A stretch of DNA of 64,000 bases from Tubiluchus corallicola. Lineage: Eukaryota; Animalia; Priapulida. Positions 23,337-36,000 of the stretch are shown in pieces. Where the stretch lies: NCBI GenBank assembly GCA_030141605.1, contig JAQGDQ010001008.1:6928-70927 (forward strand). The letters run 5' to 3'. The notes beneath the pieces are model-generated. The model was not told the origin of the DNA, made no database searches, and saw nothing but the letters and a program-made list of their open reading frames with translations. Made by a program: the position numbers and the translations under genes. The first letter of the stretch is position 1; each line of letters begins with the position of its first letter.

Positions 23337-23711
23337 CCCTTTCAGGCCCAAATTGTTTTTTTAATAAGAAAAATTTTTTTACCTTGGTACATTTGTTCCC
23401 AATGTATCCTGTGGTATACACAACATTCTTTGTCATGTGCAAAAAACAAAGTCCGACTTTTTTAAAAACACAACAAAAGCAAAAAATGTGCTTCATTTTG
23501 CAACTGCTGATAATTTTTTAAAGTATTTAAGACATTTAGTATGCATACTATGCTGATCTGTACAAAGTCGTCTCATTGTTATTCTATTTTTAGTCTATTG
23601 TTATTGGCTTAAATCAAAATAACTATTAACAGATCAAATAACTGTCAGGTTAAAATTTTGTTAATTTCAAAGGCAGAAAATATACCACGGGGTACAACGG
23701 GTATGAAAGGG
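23337..23711. mobile_element. piggyBac-type MITE (inverted relative to 26782-27237)
   Basis: TTAA|CCCTTTCA...TGAAAGGG|TTAA. Confidence 0.75.
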
Positions 23712-24063
23712 TTAAGTGGGGGAATTCTTTTCTTTCTAGTCATCTTTGTTCGCATTGACTGCGCTTTTTTAACTGTGAGAGTAGTTAATGAATGGAATAA
23801 TTTCCCTGCTATGGTGAATGTCACACCAACCAACCCTTAATTGACAATTTCTTTGTGGAAAAATATGCGGTTTTTATGAGTGTTACTCGCCCGACCACTT
23901 TAAATCGTGACAGGGTATAAGTGTAAACAGTTACAGCAGCAACAGAACTAGTGAGTTGAGTGACGCAATGTTCTTACGTCAATTTCTACGACAAACTTTT
24001 CAAGTTTAGAACGTGCGTATTAGAACAGAACTGAGAGATATCAGAAGTTAAAGTAAAAGCAAG

Positions 24064-27000
24064 ATGAAGACTTTCGTGTGTTTATTGGTGATAGCTGCTT
24101 TTGTCAGTTTGCTGAAAGGAATTACAGGTAAGCTACGCGCAAAATGAAAAAAGTAAGTAAGTAAGTACGTCTGCAACACTTTCATATCATAATTATGTTA
24201 AGATTGGGCAGGCATCCGGGCACACCGGATATGTAGTTTAAGGTTCGCTTTTTAGGCCTTTGCATGGCTGTTTTCAATTTGATGTTACTTGCGGAACCCA
24301 GCCACTGGGGCAGCAATCCAGCTGAATATAGTGCCGGTCTCAAGCACGGGTAAATGGGGAGGGTTTTCAGGATAGGACTAGCAACCCACTGGCGTTAAAG
24401 ACCTCTTATGCTCAAGAAACGCACGGTGAACCAAGAAGAAATACAGGCGGGAAAAATGTACAAGAATATGACATAACCAATCGTTATTGTCGTATATATT
24501 TGTCGTTACGTATCGCCAAGTACAATAGTAACGTAGATATGGTTTATCCGCTACTACGAGACCGCCACATCCCCAGGAAGTGCAAAGTGACTAATTATCT
24601 GAGTATCCTCAAGCCAGTATTATTGTATGGCTCCGACGTTTGGTCACTGACTTCAAAGACGGAGTCCAGACTACCAGCAGCCGAGATGAGGGTACTGAGA
24701 TTAATCTTGGGAATCACGCGGAGAGACAGGATGACCACTAAAGCTCAGCACTAAACAGAGACAAGCATATCTAGATGACTGGTGGCCTGGCATTTAACTA
24801 ACTAACTACAAACCATCCCTTAGCCATTAAATACTCCAGTAGACTAATATTTTAATGCAACAAAAAAATAAAATAACTAATTATCAATTTGCCTCTCTTG
24901 TTGTTAACATTGTTTTTCTGTTAGGAGTAATAAATTGTAATGGCGGAACACCAGGCGAGTGTTACTATGATCGTATGTGGTATTACAATCGTGAAACGAC
25001 CAAATGTGAACGACTGAACGGTAACCGCAAATGTATAGCATCAGGGTACTTATTCAAGAAGAAAAAACGGTGCCAACGAATGTGCAATGCCAATCCAAGT
25101 AAGCCGTTTCTGATTGTCACATATTGTGAAAGTTGTAACTGTATATTTTAGGTGCTGCCATCTATTGATTAGTCACTTTAACATTTTACTAGTTAAACTC
25201 ACCCCTAGTACAATGGTTCGGTCCAGTGAATATGCAAACTCACTGGATCTCCCCTATTTTTACTGTAATGGGATATGTGAAGCCAAGTTCTTGCATAGTT
25301 CTCTACCTATATAAACTGGCTAGATTTCACTTCTAGCCACTGTCTAATTCTTAGTGAGCAGTGCAGGACACTCTGGTCCTCAGTGTGTAGTTTAGCAGTC
25401 ATGTTACATATATCTATGTAGTGTAAAAAAAGGTTACCTTGGCGTGAGGCCCCCTAGAGGGTGAGGCCCCGGGGAAGTATCCCCACTTTCCCCCCTTGAA
25501 ATAGGCCTTGCATATCTGTAATGGTATGAGAAGACTGGTTACAGTTTTGTTAGTCCAAATTCGTTGTGAAATACATTTGTTCTGTAGTTGATTATTTTTT
25601 TGCAGTTCTGTCTCCACTTGCAAGGTCGAGATTGTCCTATAGGCTAGTATATAAGCTACAGTTAGGGCTCCTAATACAAGTTTTGGTGAGGGGCTCCAGC
25701 CTTTCACTGCGATTATGTTGAAATTTACACAATGAATAACAAAATAGCGGCATTTCTTAGAATATTTTTGTTGACAAGTGAAAGTCATTCTAGTGCAATG
25801 AAAGAAAGTGCAATAACCTTACTTTAAGATCTTCAATTGTTGTTATAATATTGTTACGGAGGCACTTGTGTCGGGTCAGATGTAGGGCCCTCTACACGCC
25901 CAGCAGCGAGTCACCCCTTTCTTGTAGGTCCAGACGTCTTGTTTGGGCCTACACGTGGTGTGAGAAGCCAGCTGACCTGGAATGCCAGTATAAAAGCGTG
26001 TAGAGGTCACTACAGCCTTGATTTCTGACACAGGTGCTCCTCGGGTGTAGTGCTGTTACTGAGTTAGTTAGTTATCTTTTGTGCACGTGTATTTTTGTTA
26101 CTTATTTTTATTAGTGCTGTTAATAAACTCCATACAGTGTAGTTTTTGTGTATTTTATTTTATGAAAGTTAAATGACATGCTATAACAGGTATAAGGTAC
26201 TAGTTTACAGACATTAATTTAGTTAATTAACATTATTACCAGTAAAAACTATTCAAGACAGGAAGACCCACAATTTCATTATTCTTGGAAGCTCCAAAAG
26301 GTCATAGTCCAGCCCTGCCCACCACTATTGGCTTTTTTATGTAAACCTAAATGAATTACTTCTGTTCATTTTTCCTTTGTGCAATTTTAGCTTCGTCATA
26401 CACATGTGGTGCAGGTGAATTTGACTGTAAGGTGAATCCCGGCTGGCTTGATAAACCCGACGCAAATTGCATTCCAAAGGTCTTCCTATGCGACGGCATT
26501 TACGACTGCGGAAATGGACGTGATGAAAGTGTAGAAGCCAACTGCAGTAAGTATCTTAGTTATACTTACGTGCTCCAGAATGAAGAGTATAAAACCGTAG
26601 CTGCTCACACAAACGTGTTTATTATCTTACACTGCCGTGACTGCCCACAGTAGTAAAAACACTCATCTTTTCAATATCTCCAAACACTGGTTTTGTATAA
26701 AGGCTAAAGGGTTTGTAAACGGTTTTTACTTTTTTTCATGCACATTCTAAACTAGAATTCAGAGCCTGCTGCTAATGTTAACCCTTTCATACCCGTTGTA
26801 TCCCGTGGGATACGAGAATATTTTCTGCCTTTAAAATTAATAAAATTTCAAAACTGACAGTTATTTGATCTGTTAATAGTTATTTTGATTTAAGCCAATA
26901 ACAATAGACTAAAAATGGTGATAAAATGGCAAACTAGAAAATCTACATAGCATAAAAAACTGTGCAAGGTACTGTACTTTAGAGACGACTTTGTGCAGAT

Positions 27001-30000
27001 CAGCATAGCATGCATACTAAATGTTTTAAATACTTTAAAAAATTATCAACAGTTGCAAAATGAAGCACATTTTATGCTTCCATTGAATCCCAATGTATCC
27101 CGTGGGATACAGGCTATATTTAGCACGCAGGCACAGGTAGAAAAATTATTATTATGTGTAAACAAGATGGACATACTGAACAAAAGTACCAAACCAAAAT
27201 TTTTTTCTTATTAAAAAAAAATTTGGGACTGAAAGGGTTAATAGAAAATAGCACCCAGTCTTATATTATAATTCTAATCTATATATTGAAATTGAACATA
27301 ATTTTTTTTCAATAATAGCTCACCTGAAAATGTTATTACTACAGCAATTTTGCATTTGTTCCACTAGTTTTTGGCTGTTACATTCGCTAGTTAGGTGGAC
27401 ACTAGTACCTGCATTTGAATAAAAACCAGGTGCTGTACCGTTCCACTCTTAGGTTTTCAAATGCAATGTTTTACACATGTCAAATTTTGGTTTTTTATCG
27501 TTGCATTGAACATCGATGAACATTGCACAATAACACTGATATATATACGACTGTACAAAGTCACTACTTAGTTATCCTGTTTCTGTTTGTTTTTGGACAA
27601 AACTTATTGTTAATAGGGAGACTGGTTTTTGAACAAAAAAAACAATGTACGAGTTTTGTATCGAAAAAACAAAACTTTCAGAAGATAGATTATATATGTG
27701 GCTATATAGGTTTTACATGTCAAATGTAGACCTGCGTTAACTCAAATGTAAATTTAGGTAATTCAAATGTGTCTTGGTAACTCAAATGTAGACTTAGATA
27801 GTTCAAATGTGTCTTGGTAACTCAAATGTAGGCTTAGATAGTTCAAATGTGTCTTGGTAACTCAAATGTAGGCTTAGGTAGTTCAAATGTGTCTTGGTAA
27901 CTCAAATGTAGACTTAGATAGTTCAAATGTGTCTTGGTAACTCAAATGTAGGCTTAGGTAGTTCAAATGTGTCTTGGTAACTCAAATGTAGGCTTAGGTA
28001 GTTCAAATGTGTCTTGGTAACTCAAATGTAGACTTAGGTAGTTCAAATGTGTCTTGGTAACTCAAATGTAGACTTAGGTAGTTCAAATGTGTCTTGGTAA
28101 CTCAAATGTAGGCTTAGGTAGTTCAAATGTGTCTTGGTAACTCAAATGTAGACTTTGGTAGTTCAAATGTGTCTTGGTAACTCAAATGTAGGCTTAGGTA
28201 GTTCAAATGTGTCTTGGTAACTCAAATGTAGACTTTGGTAGTTCAAATGTGTCTTGGTAACTCAAATGTAGACTTAGGTAGTTCAAATGTGTCTTGGTAA
28301 CTCAAATGTAGGCTTAGGTAGTTCAAATGTGTCTTGGTAACTCAAATGTAGGCTTAGGTAGTTCAAATGTGTCTTGGTAACTCAAATGTAGACTTTGGTA
28401 GTTCAAATGTGTCTTGGTAACTCAAATGTAGACTTAGGTAGTTCAAATGTGTCTTGGTAACTCAAATGTAGGCTTAGGTAGTTCAAATGTGTCTTGGTAA
28501 CTCAAATGTAGGCTTAGGTAGTTCAAATGTGTCTTGGTAACTCAAATGTAGACTTAGATAGTTCAAATGTGTCTTGGTAACTCAAATGTAGGCTTAGGTA
28601 GTTCAAATGTGTCTTGGTAACTCAAATGTAGGCTTAGGTAGTTCAAATGTGTCTTGGTAACTCAAATGTAGACTTAGGTAGTTCAAATGTGTTAACAATG
28701 GTTTTCAACAAATGTTGAGCGTTTTTGGTAAGTCAAATGTGACATTGGTATCTCAAATGTGGATAGGTGGTAAAGTTTAAGGATGTTAAATTTAATCTTC
28801 TTTAATTTTAATTTAATAATTGCTCCCAAGTTAAAATAACAACGTTATAGGCCTACTAATAGATGCACTATCTTTGGTTTATCTTTTTCTAATTTGCACT
28901 TAAATAACTTAGTTACCGATTTATTCAAAGTAACGCATCTACATTTGACTTACCTAAGTCACATTTGAACTTTCCTGTGTCTACATTTGACTTACCTAAG
29001 TCACATTTGAACTTTCCTGTGTCTACATTTGACTTACCTAAGTCACATTTGAACTTTCCTGTGTCTACATTTGACTTACCTAAGTCACATTTGAACTTTC
29101 CTGTGTCTACATTTGACTTACCTAAGTCACATTTGAACTTTCCTGTGTCTACATTTGACTTACCTAAGTCACATTTGAACTTTCCTGTGTCTACATTTGA
29201 CTTACCTAAGTCACATTTGAACTTTCCTGTGTCTACATTTGACTTACCTAAGTCACATTTGAACTTTCCTGTGTCTACATTTGACTTACCTAAGTCACAT
29301 TTGAACTTTCCTGTGTCTACATTTGACTTACCTAAGTCACATTTGAACTTTCCTGTGTCTACATTTGACTTACCTAAGTCACATTTGAGTTATCAAAACA
29401 CATTCGAAATTCCTATGTCTACATTTGACTTACCTAAGTCACATTTGAACTTTCCTGTGTCTACATTTGACGTGTAAAACCTATATTTTGGATAATAATC
29501 AATAAAAAAATTTTTAATTATCTCACCGTTCTCTTGTTTAGTAGTACTGAAATTCTCTAACTGCGTATGTAGACTTATAACTGAATCATAAATGTACACA
29601 AAGGTTACGAAGAAAGTTAAAATGTGCTTTTTTCGGAAAACACTATTGAAAATTTTCATGATCAATGCACATCTTTTATCATAAGCAAGATAAAAAACCT
29701 AATTGTCTATGTTGCGTATTGTGACATCTATTATTGTGATGCTTATTAGTTGAAGATGAGGTCAGATGAGATTGGTTGATCATTGAGTACACGTGTTTTC
29801 ATCTCCTTTCCTCTTCTTCTTCTTCTTTTCTCTCGTTTTTCTTTCTTTTTCTCCTTCCCATCCCTTTCCTTTGTTCCCCCCCCCACTTTCTTTATCCTAT
29901 TATTTTCTCTTTTCCCCCCCCAACTCTATGGCTGTAAAACTGACTTGGTTATTCGACTTTCCACACTAAGTTAACTTAAATTCCCTTCCTAGCAATTTAA

Positions 30001-33000
30001 GAATGTCCGAATTTGGCTTGTGGGCAGGATGAAGTCACTAGTCAAGTCTATAATTTAGCCATTTTTAATCAGGGTCTGAGGGATCACCTATAGATCCTAT
30101 ATTGATAGGCCGCTAAAACAGTCTCTAGCCTAGGACCTCATTTGCTTTGCTTTTTTGACATTAGGTTCACGTACCTAACATTTGATAGCCTAACACGTAA
30201 ATACAGTACGAGCTCTCTATCGCTTGATTGGAGCCGTAAACCTAAGCTATATCTAGTTATTTATTACAAGTGGAAAGGCTTGGGGAGGAATTTTAATGCA
30301 AAGTTTTGTAAAATGTGTCTACCCTAAAAAAATTAAGAAAGCCAGACTACAACACAGCTATGGCGTACCCTATTTTCATTTCTATTTTCACTTGTTCTAC
30401 TGTGCATGTCATACGTAAGCTCGTAAAGCTATTTATGCAAATGTTTCAGCCCCAGTGTGAGGGAAATGGCGTGTGTGAAAGTCATGTATGAGGTTGTAGT
30501 TGAACACTTTGTAGAAAACGAATAAAACACTGTACTACATATCTGCACAAAACTGAAAAGTGTTTATTAGACTGCATACACATATGTAGAATGACTGCTA
30601 CACTGAACACTGAGAACAAGAGTGTCCTGCACTGAACACTGAGAGTTAGACAGTAACATGATTAGCACGACTTCTGCACTGCACTGCACTCCACTGAGAG
30701 TGTGAGTTAGACAGTAACATGATTAACACGACTTCTGCACTGCACTGAGTGTGAGTTAGACAGTAACATGATTAACACGACTTCTGCACTGCACTGAGAG
30801 TGTGAGTTAGACAGTAACATGATTAGCACGACTTTCTGCACTCCACTGAGAGTGTGAGTTAGACAGTAACATGATTAACACGACTTCTGCACTGCACTGA
30901 GAGTGTGAGTTAGACAGTAACATGATTAACACGACTTCTGCACTGCACTGAGAGTGTGAGTTAGACAGTAACATGATTAACACGACTTCTGCACTCCACT
31001 GAGAGTGTGAGTTAGACAGTAACATGATTAACACGACTTCTGCACTCCACTGAGAGTGTGAGTTAGACAGTAACATGATTAACACGACTTCTGCACTCCA
31101 CTGAGAGTGTGAGTTAGACAGTAACATGATTAACACGACTTCTGCACTCCACTGAGAGTGTGAGTTAGACAGTAACATGATTAACACGACTTCTGCACTC
31201 CACTGAGAGTGTGAGTTAGACAGTAACATGATTAACACGACTTCTGCACTCCACTGAGAGTGTGAGTTAGACAGTAACATGATTAACACGACTTCTGCAC
31301 TCCACTGAGAGTGTGAGTTAGACAGTAACATGATTAACACGACTTCTGCACTCCACTGAGAGTGTGAGTTAGACAGTAACATGATTAACACGACTTCTGC
31401 ACTGCACTGAGAGTGAGAGTTAGACAGTAACATGATTAACACGACTTCTGCACTCCACTGAGAGTGTGAGTTAGACAGTAACATGATTAACACGACTTCT
31501 GCACTGCACTGAGAGTGTGAGTTAGACAGTAACATGATTAGCACGACTTCTGCACTCCACTGAGAGTGTGAGTTAGACAGTAACATGATTAACACGACTT
31601 CTGCACTCCACTGAGAGTGTGGGTTAGACAGTAACATGATTAACACGACTTCTGCACTCCACTGAGAGTGAGAGTTAGACAGTAACATGATTAACACGAC
31701 TTCTGCACTCCACTGAGAATGTGAGTTAGACAGTAACATGATTAACACGACTTCTGCACTCCACTGAGAGTGTGAGTTAGACAGTAACATGATTAACACG
31801 ACTTCTGCACTCCACTGAGAGTGTGAGTTAGACAGTAACATGATTAACACGACTTCTGCACTCCACTGAGGGTGTGAGTTAGACAGGTGTGTAGCACGAC
31901 TAGCATGATGTCAGATATGCATAAATGATGTGTCTATTACCACGAGGATCTACGAGTAACATGGGTAACCTTTTAGTACAAGATTCTACATCTATGACTA
32001 TATGTTACATCTCCCTTTTTCACAAAGCGATTACAATCCTATTGACCTCAAAACGGAATTTAGAATGTCAACTTATAAATCTACTACATTAAACGAAAGT
32101 TAAATGTCCACTGAGAGTGTGAGTTAGACAGTAACATGATTAACACGACTTCTGCACTCCACTGAGAGTGAGAGTTAGACAGTAACATGATTAACACGAC
32201 TTCTGCACTCCACTGAGAGTGTGAGTTAGACAGTAACATGATTAGCACGACTTCTGCACTCCACTGAGAGTGTGAGTTAGACAGTAACATGATTAACACG
32301 ACTTCTGCACTCCACTGAGAGTGTGGGTTAGACAGTAACATGATTAACACGACTTCTGCACTCCACTGAGAGTGAGAGTTAGACAGTAACATGATTAACA
32401 CGACTTCTGCACTCCACTGAGAATGTGAGTTAGACAGTAACATGATTAACACGACTTCTGCACTCCACTGAGAGTGTGAGTTAGACAGTAACATGATTAA
32501 CACGACTTCTGCACTCCACTGAGAGTGTGAGTTAGACAGTAACATGATTAACACGACTTCTGCACTCCACTGAGGGTGTGAGTTAGACAGGTGTGTAGCA
32601 CGACTAGCATGATGTCAGATATGCATAAATGATGTGTCTATTACCATGAGGATCTACGAGTAACATGGGTAACCTTTTAGTACAAGGTTCTACATCTATG
32701 ACTATATGTTACATCTCCCTTTTTCACAAAGCGATTACAATCCTATTGACCTCAAAATGGAATTTAGAATGTCAACTTGTAAGTCTACTACATTAAACGA
32801 AAGTTGTATGAATTACAAAACTTCAGCAAAGCTTCTTCCACAGTTTCACTACATTCAACTGCTGAATAATCTTAGATTAGTATAGGGCATAAAATAGATG
32901 GTACTTTCTAATTTACAATTCAATAGTAGCTATGATATTGAATACAAAAGTACAATTCCAGCAATACAATGGAATGAACTTAATTTTCATTTAACTATAA

Positions 33001-36000
33001 CTGTCAGAAGTACTCAAACAAATCATGAATGCACATCTGCTGCAAACAGTTACAAATTGAACTTTTAGACAAACCAATTTAACAGCTAACTTAACTTTGT
33101 ACTTCACAGTAGTTAATAAATTACAAGAACTTTGTGCTTATATATGTATCAAGTAAAATCACAATTCAAATGAAAATGTCTACAACCACTTGACTTCTTA
33201 ATCAGTTAAGTGCTAATACAATATGCACAACATTTAAACTTGTGAACAGGAAAACATAAGTAACTTGCAGTTAATAGTCAAACCTTTTTGGTGGCTTTGA
33301 CACACGGCCACTTCTAGTAGTAACTACTTTTTCTTCTGGTAATTCTTTGCGGTTAGGACTTCTGGACTTCACATTCTGAGGAACTTTCATTTCTTCAGCA
33401 ACATGATTTCCATTAGACTTCTCTTCTAAATTATCAGGTGAAACATCTGGTATAGGTAAATTTTGATTATTTATCCGAGGTATGTAAGTAGCTTTAGGAA
33501 GTTTATACTGAATCAATTGGCTTCTAGTTGGATAGGAACTAAGATGTTGTTTTCCTTCCCTGTTAGCTTGGTAAGTAGATAAATGTAGGAATTTCCGATT
33601 TCGCCGATACTTCTTGCCTTTATACTCCACAATATAAGACCTTGGAGTATTATGATGTGCTATAACTGTAGCCGGAAGCCACTGGTTATTATTAGCTCCA
33701 GGAAAGGGAGCCATGCGTACAGGATCTCCAGGAACTAAAACTGGTAAGTCCTGGCTAGCTTTCTCGTCATAGTAGAACTGTTGTCTGTTCTTTTCTTCTT
33801 CAAATTTTCTTTGAATATCTCTCACATCATAGATCTGAGGTTTTAGCAATTCAACTGATGTGGGTATTTTAGTTCTCAGCCTCCTAGACATTAGTAGTTG
33901 AGACGGAGACAAACCACAGCTTAAAGGTGTAGTACGGTAATCAAGCAGAGCATACTGTTTATCCTCGCATTTCTTCCATAACCTTTTGACAATTTGCACT
34001 CCTCTTTCTGACTGTCCATTTGACTGAGGATACATTGGCGAAGAAGTCACATGTCTGATACCATACTCTTCACAAAACTTATCAAACTCATCAGAACTAT
34101 ACTGTGGTCTATTATCTGTTTTTATGACTTCAGGTATTCCATGTCTGCAAATCTGATTCTTCAGCTTATCAATAACACACGAGCTAGTCATGTCTTCCAA
34201 CTGATCTACTTCAATGTATTTTGAATAATAATCCATGGTAACAATGTAGTGCTTTTTCTCCCATTCATACAAATCAGACGCTAACTCCATCCATGGAGCT
34301 TCTGGAGTCTTAGTTGCACATATGGGCTCTTTTGTTTGATTGTTTTGATATGTGTTGCATAAATCACAGTCACCAATCAATTCTTCAATTTGTGCCGACA
34401 TGCCTGGCCAAAACAACAAATCACGTGCTTTCTTTTTACACTTCACAATTCCCATGTGAGTATTGTGCACTTGATGCAACATGTTTTTTCTCATGCTTGG
34501 CGGAACTACAATACCTTGACCTTTGTAGACCATACCATCGTACACAGCAAGACTATCTCTGTCTTTCCAAAAAGGTCTAACTAAATGTGGAACTTCTTTA
34601 CAAGTGTCTGGCCAACCATTTAATATCATTTTGTACAACTCATATAATTCATTTGCTGTTGTCTCCTGAAACTGTTTGTATCTGTCTGGTGCCACTGATA
34701 TGTGCTGTACCATATTAACATACACAGTTTCTATTTCTGGAGCTACATCTGATAAGTTAGCACGACTTAGCATATCACCTATCACTACTTCTTTGCCTGG
34801 TTTGTACATCATTTTAATATCGTACGGCTGTAATTTCAGTAGCATAGATTGTAGTCTCATAGGTGCTGATGATAATGGCTTGCAAAAAATAGTTTGCAAT
34901 GGTTTATGATCATTTTCTACACTGATCTCTCTACCAAAAATGTAGTAGTGAAATTTGCTACAACAATGCACAATGGACAGCATTTCTTTCTCAATCTGTG
35001 CATATCTTTGTTCTCCTTCACTCATCGTTCTAGATGTGTAGGCCACAGGTTGACCGTCTTGCAGCAGAACACCTCCAACTGCATAACTACTTACATCACA
35101 TTGGATCACATGCTGCTTTTTGGGATCATACAGTGCCAACACTGGAGATTTACATGCCAGATCTTTGAGTTTCTGGAAACTTTCCATTTGAGGTTTGTCC
35201 CAGTGAAACAGAGTTTTGTCTCTAATTAGTTCCCTTAGTGGTGCATTTATTTCACTTAGTTTAGGAATAAATTTTCCTAGATACTGCATAAAACCTAGAA
35301 ATCGTCGTACATCTTCCTTGCATGTGGGTGCAGGCATTTCTTGTACTGCTCTAACTTTACCTGGATCTGCTTTTACTCCTGTAGCACCAACCACATGACC
35401 GACATACTTAACTTCAGCTTTTCTATACTGGCATTTATCAAAATTTAATTTTAGATTCCATTCCACATTGCTCGATTCACTAGTTTTTTCATAGTTTGGT
35501 CATGATGTTCATTGTCTATACCAGCTACTATGACATCATCCATGATTGCACGTGCTCCATCAATATCTTCAACCATTTTATCCATAATTCTTTGATAAAT
35601 TTCCGGTGCTGACTTTATACTGAAAGGAAGCTTCAGCCATCTATATCTTCCTAATGGTGTATCATTGTGGTCAAAAGACTGGATTCATAATCCAAAGGAA
35701 TTTGGAGATAGCCCGACTTTGCATCCACAACAGAGAATACTTTTGCATCGGGCATTGAAGATACTACTTCCTCTACAGTAGGAATTGGGTAATTTTCCCT
35801 TTGAATGGCTTTATTCAGATCTGAAGGATTAAGACAAATGCGAACTTTGTCATTCTTCACCACTGCTTGCATGGAACTTACCCAGTCAGTTGGCTGTGTG
35901 ACTTTGGCAATATGTCCTTCTTTTTCCATTTCCTTCAGTACTTCTTTAATTTTTGGCAGTAAGTGTGCAGAATATCTCCTTGGACCATGCACAACAGGTT

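Larger units (their letters stand above)
22205..23830 (+). mobile_element. CR1-clade LINE 3' fragment (22205-22525 + 23765-23830) interrupted by younger insertions
   Basis: Translates LVRPHLEYCMQLWYP...MEGVQRRTTR and, after the inserts, FLTVRVVNEWNNFP; stops and frameshifts present. Confidence 0.65.

Noticed and set aside
28965-29477. 170-aa NFPVSTFDLPKSHL repeat ORF
   Set aside because: 42-bp satellite arm of the foldback element.
30807-32554. 347-aa and 156-aa minus-strand repeat ORFs
   Set aside because: Translation of the 51-bp satellite derived from a non-coding repeat.
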